64,000 bases of DNA from NCBI GenBank assembly GCA_963575745.1, contig CAUYUJ010000236.1, forward strand, positions 1 through 64,000, in the 5' to 3' direction. Shown in pieces: positions 1 to 11,595 of the stretch (position 1 is the first letter of the stretch; each line of letters begins with the position of its first letter). The notes under the pieces were generated by a model. It saw only the letters and a program-made list of their open reading frames with translations, was not told the DNA's origin and made no database searches. Made by a program: the position numbers and the translations under genes. The DNA is from Prorocentrum cordatum. Taxonomy: Eukaryota.

Positions 1-151
1 CCTGTCACCCTACAGGGGGGATTTTTGGCGGAAAAATAGACATATCCCAAAAGTGCCCCAAACATGCTGAAAAATAGCCAGGAAATCCTCCCCCTACTAT
101 TTTTTGACCATTTTTGAACATTCCCCCTGTAGAGGGACAAGCCCGACTTAA
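1..151. mobile_element. MITE copy 1 (left end cut by window edge)
   Basis: Right end CCTGTAGAGGGACAAGCCCGACTTAA; partial left arm CCTGTCACCCTACAGG; AT-rich interior similar to copies at 2161 and 19061. Confidence 0.7.
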
Positions 152-1149
152 GGCCAGTGCAGGGCCCGCGCTGGGCGGCCGCGCGCGCTTGCGCGACGGC
201 GCGCGGCCGGCCGGCGCCCGGGGCGGCGCCTTCCGCTGGGCGATGCCGGCAGGGTCGCCGCGGGGCGGGGCGACGAAGGCCGCCTGGAGTGCGCGCAGGC
301 TGAGCTCCGCGGCGAGGGGCGCCGGGCAAGGAAAGTCGGGGGTCTGCTAACCTGACTACTTACCAGACCACCCCAACCCAACCCGAAGACCCGAACTTCG
401 GGTCGAGGGGGGTACGTGCTTCATGTGTGTTTTTTGAATGTTCCACGACCCCTCTCACTGGAAATGGATGGCAAATCGGGGCCTTCGGGTTAGACGGGGG
501 TCTTCGCAGGATCCTGCAGGATCCGGAGCCCTGGCTCACCCCCGTTTGCATTGACCCCCGAAGCTCCGAGGAAGGCGGAGACCCAACTCTCCGGCGGCGT
601 GCATTCTTCAATCCATGGCGCGTTTCTTTGATTTGTCGTTCCAGTCCCGCCGCTGCGTGACCGCCGTTTGACGCCCTCACGGCCGCCGATCGACAAAAGA
701 TCCTTGATCTCGGCCTCGGGGGCCCGGTATCGGGCCCCAGGGGCCAGTCAAAGCGGATCAGGGGCGCAAAAAAACTACCCCCCTTGGAACTGCCGATATT
801 GGTGTTGATGTCAACCTCTGGGCTTCTGTTGCTCCCATCGTACTTAAGGACCACATCCCAGAAATCATTTCCAGCACCCGGAATTGTATCGACAGAGTGT
901 CGAAACAGTGTCGGACGAGTGTCTCCCAGGGCCAGACACGCGAAAACCCTCGAGTTCCGGTTTTTGCTTGGGTGCTCGAAATTCTTTCTGGTGATCACGG
1001 CTTTCTGGTGATCAGGTGCCAACCTCTGGGTTCCGAGGCTTCAAAAATCACATCGGAGGATGTCTGGGCATTGGGAGGTTGCCGAGAAGCGGCTGCGGTT
1101 GGGGCGGGACGGCGAACGTGACTCCGGCGCCCGCGCAGTGCACCCGTCA

Positions 1150-1765
1150 AGAGGAGGGGGGCGGGCAGGCGGGGGGAGGGAGGGAGAAGATGAGGAGGAG
1201 AGGGGTGGGAGGAGGCGAGGGGGAGGAGGAGGAGGAGGAGGAGGAGGAGGAGGAGGAGGAGGAGGAGGAGGAGGAGGAGGAGGAGGAGGAGGAGGAGGAG
1301 GCGGAGGGAGGAAAAGGAGGAGGATGGGGAAGGAGGAGGAGGGGAGGAGGAGGAGGAGGAGAGAAGGCGAGGCGGTAGGAGGAGGAGGAAAAGGAGGAGG
1401 ATGGGGAGGGAGAGGAAGGGAGGGGAGGAAAGGGATGGGGAGGGAGGAGGAAGAAAAAGGAGGAGGGGGAGGAGGGGGGAGCGAGGAGAGGAGGAGGAGG
1501 AGGAGGAGGAGAGGAGGAGGATGAGGAGGAGGAGGAGGAGGAGGAGGAGGAGGCAGGGGAGGAGGAGGACGAGGAGAAGGGAGGAGGAGGGAGGAAGGGC
1601 GCGAGGGGAGAGGGGAGGATAGGAAGGAGACAAGGAGGAGGAGGAGGAGAAGGAGGAGGAGGTGGATGAGGAGGAGGATGGTGAGGAGGAGGACGAGGAG
1701 GAGGAGGAGGCGGAGGAGGAGGAGGCGGAGGAGGCGGAGGAGGCGGAGGAGGAGGAGGAGGAAGA
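1150..1765. repeat. (GGA)n microsatellite / purine tract
   Basis: Direct reading of sequence. Confidence 0.95.
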
Positions 1766-2160
1766 GGCGGGGCGGGCTGCTCCGGCCCCACTCGGGAGGG
1801 GGGGCTGAGGTGTCTTGGCCCAGGTCTCGGATGCTGCCCGAAAGGTCCCTGGTCCAGGGTGTCCCCAGGATTTCCAAGGAGGCCTCCCCTGAGAAGGCCC
1901 TCGTCCAGGGCAATAGCCGCGTACGCAGTTTCCAATGCCTCGTTTTGCCGCCCATATGAACTGTGTTTGGCCGATGTATGTTGCGTTCTGGCTGTGTATT
2001 CTGTTTCGGGACCGCGTCCGAGGGTCCCCAGGGCGAGCCCTGAGCGAGCCTGGGCGGGGGCGACGCCCAAGGAAAACTGCGGTCGTCGCCCACGGGTCTT
2101 CCGGCCACGCTGCACCCCCTGGAGCGCGGGCGGAAGACCCGCTGCACGGGCGGAGTAGAG

Positions 2161-2312
2161 CTAAGTCGGGCCTGTCCCTCTACAGGGGGAATATTCCAAA
2201 ATAGTCACAGAATTGTCGGGGGACTATGTTTGAGCAGTTCTTCGATTATATATACACATCATGTTTAATTGTTCGCCCAATATCTTCCTGTAGGGGGACC
2301 GGCCCGACCTAA
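2161..2312. mobile_element. MITE copy 2, 152 bp, imperfect ~26-bp TIRs, 8-bp TSD; inverted relative to copies 1 and 3
   Basis: CTAAGTCGGGCCTGTCCCTCTACAGG ... CCTGTAGGGGGACCGGCCCGACCTAA; GAGTAGAG at both 2153-2160 and 2313-2320. Confidence 0.85.
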
Positions 2313-2759
2313 GAGTAGAGGGCCATGCTAAAGGCAGGCGAAACGAAACAGGGGGGGCAGGGCGAATCTCCCACCCCCTAAGTTTCCCGTTGCTCTTTTT
2401 GTCTTGTCCTCAGGAAAGCTGGGAGCACCTTGGGCCAGGGACACCTTCAGCAACCCCCGAAAAATGCCCCCAGGCTCTGGCGCCGTTTTGGAGTCCCTGG
2501 GGCCCTCGGGCCCTCGTGAAGGGGTGGTCTGTAGACCATTTGGACCTGACTGGAAGACTCGGGCCAGGGCCACCTTGGCCGACGTCCGACCCCAGGCGAA
2601 GACGAATGCCGCTCGCCACTATCGGCATCCGAAGGCCGCTTCTCGGGCTCCAAGAACGTCGGAAAAACGACTCGGGATGGAATGCCGGCCCCGGGGGATG
2701 CGTCAAGAACTCCAGGGCCCGCGCATGAAAACAATCAGGGCATCGCCGCCGTTGCCTCC

Positions 2760-3166
2760 GGACGACGGACGACGACGACGACGACGACCACGACGACGAC
2801 GACATCGAGGACGACGAACACGACAACGACGCCGACGCCGCTGGCGACACCGACGCCGACGCCGACGCCATCGACGATGCCGATGACGATAACGACGAAG
2901 ACGAAGACGACGACGACGACATCGAGGACGGACGACGGACGACAACGACGACGACGCTGACGACATCGACGACGATGACGACGACGATGACGACATCGAC
3001 GCTATCGACGACGACGACGACATCGACGACGACGACAACATCGAGGACGACGAACATGACCACGACGCCGACGCCGCCGACGACACCGACGCCGACGCTG
3101 ACGCCGACGCAATCGACAATGACGATGGCCATGACGGCGACGACGAAGACATCGACGAAGACGTCT

Positions 3167-3205
<39 letters not shown>

Positions 3206-3765
3206 ACGACGACAGACGACCGACGACGACGACAACGACGACGCCGCCGCCGACGACGACGACGACGACGACGGCATCGAGGACGCCGAACAAGACAACG
3301 ACGCCAACGCCGCCGACGACACCGACGCCGACGCAATCGACAATGCCGAAGACGACGACGAGGACGACGACAACGACGACAACGACGCCGAAGCCAACGC
3401 CGAGGACGCCGACACCGACCCGGGCAAGCGGCCCTCGGCGCGCGCGCGCACGGCCCCTGGGCGACGCGGCGCGCGGCGGCGTCCCGCCGCAGGAGCTGCC
3501 AGGCAGAGACCGAGCGCGAGGGCGAAGCGGGCCATGGCTGCGGCGCGCCTGGCGGGAGGTCAATCTTCAAGGTCGTCGTCGGTAATGTTCTCGCCGTCGT
3601 CGTGCTCGCCGTCGTCGTGGTCATTGCGGTTGCCGTCGGCATCGACGCCGCCGTCGTCGTCGTTCTCTTTGACGTCGTCGTCGTGGTCGTGGTCGTGGTC
3701 TTTTCGTCGTCGCTGCCGTGGTCGTGGTCGTGATCGTAGTCGTGGTCGTCGTCGTCGTCGTCGCC
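2760..3765. repeat. Degenerate (GAC)n tract (2760-3420) followed by opposite-orientation (GTC)n tract (3570-3765)
   Basis: Direct reading of sequence. Confidence 0.9.
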
Positions 3766-4139
3766 CTCCTCCTGCCTCTTACATGGAGGAAGGGCGGCGG
3801 GGAGAAGCGGGGGAGGGACGGCGGAGGAGGGGCGGGGAGGGGCAGCGGCAGGGAGAGGGGGAGGGAGGAGGACCACTCTACCTTTCCACTGATGGGCTCC
3901 CAGAATGCTGGCTCAGACCCACCTCACAGTCAAGAGACAAGGGAACTCCATACCACATCTAGGCGGCAACCCCTTGGTAACCCTGTTCAAATTTCCCTTC
4001 CATGTGACCGAAATGTGAGGGCAGGGCTCGACAAATGAGGCGGGGAGGGAGGATAGAGCTATCAGAGTGAGGGGGCCGAACGGTCATTTATTGTCCCTGG
4101 GCGCGTGGCTGAAGTGAGAATCCGTGGTGAGGATTCTGC

Positions 4140-4695
4140 TTGTTGCGTTGTTGTTGGTGGTGGTGGTGTTGCTGGTGATGGTGTTGGTGGCGGTGTTGGT
4201 GTTGATGATGATTTTGTTGTTGTTGGTATTGCTGTTGTTGGTGTTGTTGTTGCTGCTGCTGTTATTGTTGATGTTGTTGTTGGTGTTGTTGTTGTTGGTG
4301 GTGTTGGTGTTGTTGTTGTGGTTGTTGTGTGTGTGTTGTTTGTGTTGTTTGTGGTGTTGGTGTTGTTGATGTTGTTGTTGTTGTTGCTGTTGTTGTTGGT
4401 GTTGCTGTTGCTGTTTGTTGTCGTCGTCCCCCCCCGCGACCCACCCGCGACCCACCCCGCGACCCACCCCGTGACCCTCCCCGCGAGCCACCCCGCGACC
4501 CATCCCGCGACCCACCCACGACCCAACCCGCGACCCACCCGCGACCCACCCGCGACCCGACCGCGACCCACCCCGCGACCCACCCCGCGACCCACCCTGC
4601 GACCCTTCCGCGACCCACCCGCGACCCACCCGCGACCCACCCGCGACCCACCGGCGACACATCCCGCGACCGGCCCGCGACCCACCCGCGACCCA
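4140..4695. repeat. (GTT/GGT)n microsatellite then 11-12-bp minisatellite CGACCCACCC(C)G
   Basis: Direct reading of sequence. Confidence 0.9.
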
Positions 4696-6749
4696 TCAGC
4701 GACCGATCCACAGAAGAAAAAATCTGCGCCTGCGGCGGGCTCGTTCTATAATTTGTGAAACTGTGGTTCCTGCGGCGGGTTTCCTAGAGTCTCGCAGACT
4801 GCCGACGTCCCAACCACCCCCTCACTCTTATCCGCATCTGCGGGGTTCTACGTGAAGCAAGCGAGGAAAGGAAGCGGGAGAAGTGCTCGACCGAAATGGA
4901 CTTCACTTCTGATACCTGCGTGGATACGGGGGCTGGCCGCCGTCACCCTCCAAGTCCACAAACCTGCGGTCCCTGCGTCAGGTCTTTGACGACTCTGCGT
5001 CGATCGACTTGGGAGGGTCATCGAGAGCAGATGAACAGCTGCAAGTCGGCATAATTCGATGCACACCTAAGAGCCCGTGCTTCTGCGATTTGCGATGACG
5101 CCCGTGAGCGGCCCTTCCCAACCTGGTCACGCCCGTGATTGCCAGGTGATCATAAAACGGGCTCGGATCTGACATGCGGAGCTGTCCGAGCAAGTCTGGC
5201 AGCGGCAGTCGAAGAACAGCAGGCGACACCCGTCAGTCCACCGCCGACCGCCGCTCCGTCGTGCACGGGCTGACCCGGGCCTGCGCTGATCCAAATCGGC
5301 CAGGACCATGTCGGGATCCTGGGTCGGCCACGTGGTATAAGGAGCCCACAAACAAAGGACGTACGCGCCCAAATATGTACATGAACACGACCCATCGATC
5401 CGCGAGACCCGCCGTGTGATACGAACATTCGCGCAAAACGCACTCTCGAAACCAGCATGGATTCATGAACGTGCACGTCCTTCTTTCGCTCCTGATAGTA
5501 GCTCCCAAACCCGGATGAGCGGAAAGAGGGGTCTGTTCGTGACCACCTCCGCCCAACCTACGGCGGGCGTCTAGACCACCACCGTGAGCCCAATTGGCGC
5601 AGTGTGGCACGATCCACGGGGGAGGGCGCTTGGGAGACGCAGCCCATTGAAAGCACACCAGGGCTCGAAAGCTGCCAAGAATCAAAAAGAGCATCCAGAC
5701 ACCTCATCATCCTCCTCCCTACATCCTTCCCTTCCTCTCTCCTCTCCATCTCCTCCTCCTCCTCCGCCTTCCTCCTTGCCTCTTCCTCCCTCGCTCCCCC
5801 TTCTCCCTCTCCACTCCCTCCTCCTCCTCCTCCTCCTTCTCCACTTCCTCCTGCTCCTCCTCCTGAGCCTCCTCCGCCACCCCAGGGTGGGGGCCGGCGC
5901 GCTGGTGCGGCACGCACGCGGCGCCCTGGAGCAGTAAAGCCCGCACGTGCTCGTCGTCACGTGGCTCACCTGGGTCCCCGGCTGGGCTCGGGACGGTGTC
6001 GCGGGTCCCCTGCGGGAGGGCCCAGGGGATTCTCACCCAGTATTCCCACAATTACGGTCCCCCGCCGTGGCGTGCGTGGGGGAGGGAAGTCGCCCGATGG
6101 AGTGGTGTCCCTCGGGTGGCTAATCGGGGCGGCACTCGGGAGGGTGTCTTTATCAGAGGCGCGGCTCGAGTTTCGGGCATGAGGCGTGTAGCGTGTGCTT
6201 GTAGGTTTCCTGCGTCCCTCACCTTACGCGGTTTTCAGGACCTGAGCATTGCGCAATCACGGTTTTGCAAAATGCAAAAATATGTATGCTTACGCATGCT
6301 TCCCTCCTGCAGACAGGAGTGCGCATCGCCCGGGTCGTTCTTGCAGGCTGCTGCCTGCGTTCGCGGTCGAAGCACCTGTAGCTCTATTCGTGAGTAGATG
6401 CGAGGTACCGCAATCTGCAGGACCCCCGCGCCACCTGCTGATGAGCGAGGTCCCAGCGGGCCATTCACTGGTGAGTCGAGCGTGGCAGCCATCAGTCACG
6501 GTCAAAGTAAAAACTTGCTCCTCCTCCTCCTCCTCCTCCTCCTCCTCCTCCTCCTACTACTCACTCTCCTCGTCCTCCTCCTCCTTCTCCTGCTCCTCTT
6601 CCTCCTCCTCCACTCCTCCGCCTTATAAACAATACCTCCCTGTCTCACCCCGAGGCCGGGCCAAAGAGCGGGCTGGGCGTTTCGCCTGATACTTCCTTAC
6701 CATATGTGATCCTGAAACGCAGAAACAAGCATCGGATGGAGGGGAGTGC

Positions 6750-7140
6750 TTTCAAAATGTGGTTCTCGCCTTAGCGCCGCGCGCACTCGGTCGAGACAGT
6801 GCAAGAACTGTACTGGTTGAGAACGTGTCGTTTTCAAAAGGTGGCTCTCGCATTAGCGCCGCGGGCTGTCGTCTCAAACAATTGCAAGAGCTCCACGGGT
6901 GGAGGGCGGGTGCTTGTCGAAATGCGGCTCTCGCCTCAGCGCGGGGAACGCTCGTATTAAACATTTGCAAAGGGTTTCACGCATTGAGGGCGGGTAGTGT
7001 TCAACATGTGGCTCTCGCCTTAGCGCCGCGCACACCCGTCTTAAACGCCTGCAAGAGCTTCACGGATGGAGGGCGGTCCTTTTTCCGAAATGTGGCTCTC
7101 AACCTAGCGACTCGCACACTCGTCTTACACATTTGCAGGC
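6750..7140. repeat. ~82-bp tandem repeat, about 5 units
   Basis: Recurrent AATGTGGCTCTCGCCTTAGCGCCGCG-like core at ~6757, 6838, 6920, 7005, 7088. Confidence 0.8.
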
Positions 7141-8799
7141 CTTTCACCAGTCCCGGTGGTCGACATACCAGAAGCGGCCTTCTGGAACGACTCAGGATTG
7201 CCAGGGCGCAACAAGTACCCTGATTCGTGACGTCGAAAATCCAGGAATAGTGTTTTGGAGCGATTCAGCATACCACAGGACAACAGTCAGAATGTTGTTT
7301 TGACTTGCCTCAGGGTCTTCACGTGGTTGTATCCCACGCGGGCACTTCCATTTGATGGGAACGAACCGTTGTAGGGGCCAATGAAAAGGGAGCTTGGGAG
7401 AGGGTTTCTTCCACCATGGTTGATGCGTTGTGGATTTAAAATACTGGGAGTAATCCTCCTCTTCCTCCTCCTTCTCCTCCTCTTCCTCCCCGTCCTCGTC
7501 CTCCTCCTCGTCCTCCTCCTCCCCATCCTCCTCGTCCTCCTCCTCACCTTCCTCCTCCTCCTCCTCCTCCGCCTCCTCCGCCACCTGTTCCTCCGTCCCG
7601 CGATCGTTCGCTCCTGGATTGGTCGCTCACTCGGTCGTTTGCTCGCTCGCCTCCAATCCACGTCTTCCTTGTCTCAGGCGGACGGGAAAACAACATCGGC
7701 GTAGGTAGACAAGGAGGAACGACAGGGGTACAGCGAAAACCCTCTTCAGTCCTTCCTGTCCCCTCTCCCATCGTTCCTTCCACCCTCCTCCGCTCTTCTC
7801 CACCCTCCTCCGTCCCCGTTCCTCCCTCCTCCACCCTCCTCGGTCTGGCGAATGCCTCCCCGACCCTCCCCCATCTGCCTCCTCGGCGGCGGCGGCGGCG
7901 GCGACGACGGCGACGGCGGCTGCGGCGGCCGCGGCCGACGGCGACGGCCAACGGACGGCCGCGAGGGACGACCGACGGACGACCGACGATCGCTGCAGGC
8001 CTCGGCGGCGCCCGACGGCGGCGCGCCGAGGAGCAGGGTGGCGCGGCGCGGCACTGGGCGGCGCGAGCGGCCCACGAGCAGATGGGGTCCCAGCTGGTGG
8101 AGCGCCGTGGGATCCACCGGGACCCACTCCGACGGGACTTCGCGTAGCCGAATAAAGGGCCGAGCCAAGAAGGAGGCTCACAAGATGGAGGCCCTCTAGG
8201 TTCCAGTTGGACTTGCGCCACCTGGACTTGGCGCCGGCCGAAGACCCCCAATACCCCGCCACGGCAACAAATCCTCGAAGCCTGGGGGATCGATGTTGAG
8301 TGGTTCTCGCTGCGGGGCCTTTGGGGTGGTCGTTTGGGAGCGCCGACGACGACGAAAAAGACCGAAATCGACTCAAAACGAGTAATTCCCGGAGGCCTCC
8401 CCGGGTCCACGCCGCGCAACCATTCCAGAGGATGGAGAACTGCAAATAAAAAGTCATGACATCCGCGCTAGTTGTTTGGATTTGCGCTGAAACTCCCTCC
8501 CTGACGTTCGGAGCGCGCTACGGGCGGCACTGGACGCGCCGCCAAAGGGTTCCAGGTCAGACACAGAATTCCACGCGCAGCTCTGAAATCTGAATTATGA
8601 ATGCGCAGGTCGATATTCTACGACTCTCGAACCGCGACCAGCCGTGACGACGAGAACCACCAGACCCGCCTCAAGCTTGGAAGCGGCTGGGAGGACTGGA
8701 CTGGATGGACCTGGGGAGAATCGATGAAGAAAAAGTGTCGTGGGTCGAAGGTCGGCGAGTACGTGCTGCGTGGGGCCTGCGCGGCAGCATGGCCTTGGG

Positions 8800-9400
8800 G
8801 CTCAGCGCTAAGCGTCGAACTTGTCAGCCCAGTGCGCGGCGGGGCGGCCTCTGCTCTGGAACCCATCCAGCTCCCAGCCAAACGCCTGTGTTGCCCACCA
8901 GTCGTTGCACATCAATGCCACGTGCAGGCCCCGGTGGTGTTGCTGGGTCTTCTGCTCGACGTCCCAATGCGGCACGCCATGCTCGTGCATCGCGCGTCTC
9001 GGCTCTGGAATAACCCGCTACAGCCCAACAGTTCGACCCACGTCTCCACTTTTCCGCCCAGCTCCTTCTTGATTTGGTTCAGCACCCGTAACAAACAAAC
9101 CATCTTCATTCGAGTGGATCGTAGCAGTGGTGTCCTTGACTCTGTCACAACCCAAGATGCAAGGTCACATGACATCGTCGGTCCAGGGGTTCAATGTCCA
9201 TGTCTGCCATTGTCGTTTTCGTACCAAATATCATTGTGTTCGAGGTTCGTTTTTGCCGGGTGCAGCTCGAGCCCAACTCGCGCGCCTTTCGTGACAACGT
9301 CTGCCAGCATCTGCATCACTTGGACACAAAACGGCCGACGATCAAAAAATCACCAGCAACAAACATATTGGTGACAATCGCATCCCAACCATACCTCAGT
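8800..9400 (-). mobile_element. Degenerate RTE-like LINE fragment (RT C-terminal half and tail)
   Basis: Minus-strand translations TNMFVAGDFLIV (decayed xADD region), GLELHPAKT, and WWATQAFGWELDGFQSRGRPAAHWADK resembling the RTE-clade W...RxRGRPxxRWxD tail; stops and frameshifts present. Confidence 0.6.
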
Positions 9401-9679
9401 TGAGCACCATGCTTCGCGAAGCTCTCTTAGCCTTACACCGGACTCACTTCTATAGCGCTCACTTCTATAGTGCTCACTTTGAAATTGTGGTCCGGAAGGG
9501 GCCGCACATGCAGGCACATGCCGCACAGTCGCATGCACATGCCCATGTAAATATACAAAAGCCTCAACAGCATTGCCGCACATGCGCGCACATGCCACAC
9601 CGTCCGACGCACAGTCGAATGCACGGTCAAGCAAAACTCTGAAATCATAGACGCACATGCCCGCACATGCCGCAGAGAT

Positions 9680-10595
9680 GTCGCAGGCGATGGTGGCCTG
9701 ACCACCTGAGCTCGGGGCATTTCGCAACCCAGAGTTCCGAGGATGTCTCAGGCAAGCGTGGCCGGATCACCATGGGGCAGGGCATCTTGGAAACCAGAGT
9801 GGCGAGGATGTCGCTGGTCAAGGTGACCAGACGACCATGGGGCAGGACACCTCCGAGGTCTGAGTTGTGAGGATGTCTCAAGCGAAAGTGGCCTGACCAC
9901 CATGGGGCAAGAGATCTCTGAGGTCAGAGTTGCGAGGATGTCTCTGGGGAGAGTGGTCTGACCACCTCAGCCCAGGGCATCTCGGAGCCCAGAGTTGCGA
10001 GGATGTCTCAGGCAGGACTGGCCTGACCACCTGCTCAGGGCATCTCAGAACCCAGAGTTGCGAGGGTCTCAGGCGAAAAAGGCCGAGACACTATGGAGCA
10101 GGGCATCATTGAGGTCAGAGTTGCGAGGATGTCTCAGGCAAAAGTGGCCTGAACAGCTCAACTCAGGGCATCTCGGGCGAGGATGTCTAAAGCGAAAGTG
10201 GTCTAACCACCTCAACTCAGGGCGTCTCGGAACCCAGAGTTCCGAGGATGTCTCAGGCGAAAGGGGCCGAGACACTATCGAGCAGGGCATCATTGAGATC
10301 AGGGTTGCGAGGATGTCTCAGGCGACAGTGGCTGACCACCTCAGCTCGGGGCATATCGGAATCGAGACTTGCGAGGATGTCTCAGGCGACCGTGGCCTGA
10401 CCAGCATGGGGCAGGAGATCTCTGAGGTCAGAGTTGCGAGGATGTCTCATGCGAAAGTGGTCTAACCACCTCAGCTCAGGGCGTCTCGAAACCCAGAGTC
10501 CCGAGGATGTCTCAAGCGAAAGTGGCCGGGCCACCATGGGGCAGGGCATCTCCGAGACCAGAGTTGCGAGGATGTCTCAGGCGAAGGTGGCCAGA
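9680..10595 (+). repeat. ~65-bp satellite, about 14 units, plus one inverted unit at ~10800-10850
   Basis: Core CAGAGTTGCGAGGATGTCTCAGGCGAAAGTGG recurring every ~65 bp (e.g. 9739, 9804, 9869). Confidence 0.9.
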
Positions 10596-11219
10596 TCACT
10601 TCATGTCAAAGCACGTCGGCCTCCAAATTGCCGACGACGTCTCACGCGGAACTGGCCGGACGCGAACGCGCCGGCGTCCGGAGACGAACGCCGGCCCCGG
10701 CATTCTTGCACGTCCCGCACATGCACTGCACAGGTACGCACAGTATTCGCACAGGCCGAGCTCGCCGGTGGCCGAGCCAGGCCAGCGATTCCGAGATTCC
10801 CTGAGCTCGGGCCGTCAAGCCACTTTCGCCTGAGACAGCCTCGCAACTCTCACCTCCTCCTCCTCTTCCTCCTCCTCCTCCTCCTCCTCCTCCTTCTCCT
10901 CTGGCCGAGCCGAACAGGCAGGCTGGCCAGTGGCCGGGGGCGCCCGCCTCCTCCGCCCCCCCCTCCTCCCCCCCCCCTCCACCTCCCCCCCCCCCATCCC
11001 TGCTTCTCCGGCCGAGCTGAGAAGGCGCGCGGGAGAGTATTTTATTAGGCGGGCGCGCCACCGCCAGCTCACGAACCGGGCGAATAACCGCCCCCGCCAG
11101 CAGCGGGCGAGTCTAAACGCACAACAAACTCTTTCAGGAAACCCTGGCACGCCCCAGGTTAGCTCTGCGAAGGCCAGGAGGCATTGGAGGCACAGGGGTC
11201 CCAGACAGCTCCTAGGGCA

Positions 11220-11595
11220 TGAGCGTGCATGTGCATTGGGATGTGCACGCATGTGCGCCCGCGCGCTTCACCGCATGTGCGTGCATGTGCGGGCCCGCGC
11301 GGCCTCCCGAAGAGAGGTTGCACAGGCATGTGCGTGCATGTGCCGATTACAGATCTACGATTCTCGAACACCTCCCGCATGTGCATGCATGTGCGCGCAT
11401 GTGCGTCGGGCTTTGCGTGCATGTGCGTATGATGGGTACATCAAAACACAGCGCACACGCCCCCGCACATGCCCGGGCACGACGTGCACAGTAGGAAGTC
11501 CATCCAAGAAGGACCGCACAGGCCTGGCACATGACTGGCACATGCCGCGCACATGCGCGCACATGACAGCGCAAAAACGGCCGCACATACACCCA
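11220..11595. repeat. GCACATG/CATGTGC short-period repeat (related tract at 9500-9670)
   Basis: Direct reading; orientation switches near 11440. Confidence 0.75.

Noticed and set aside
995..4758. Long poly-Pro/Ser/Leu/Glu/Thr/Arg ORFs here and at 14.6-16.6, 18.3-19.1, 39.0-39.9, 51.0-52.7, 58.4-60.8 and 61.5-62.9 kb
   Set aside because: They are open in several frames only because triplet microsatellites lack stop codons.
4800..5700. Possible degraded LINE 3' region on the minus strand
   Set aside because: Protein-like fragments only, with no diagnostic motif recovered.
9680..10595. CRISPR-like repeat/spacer periodicity
   Set aside because: The 'spacers' are related to one another, the repeats are degenerate, there are no cas genes and the context is eukaryotic; it is a satellite.
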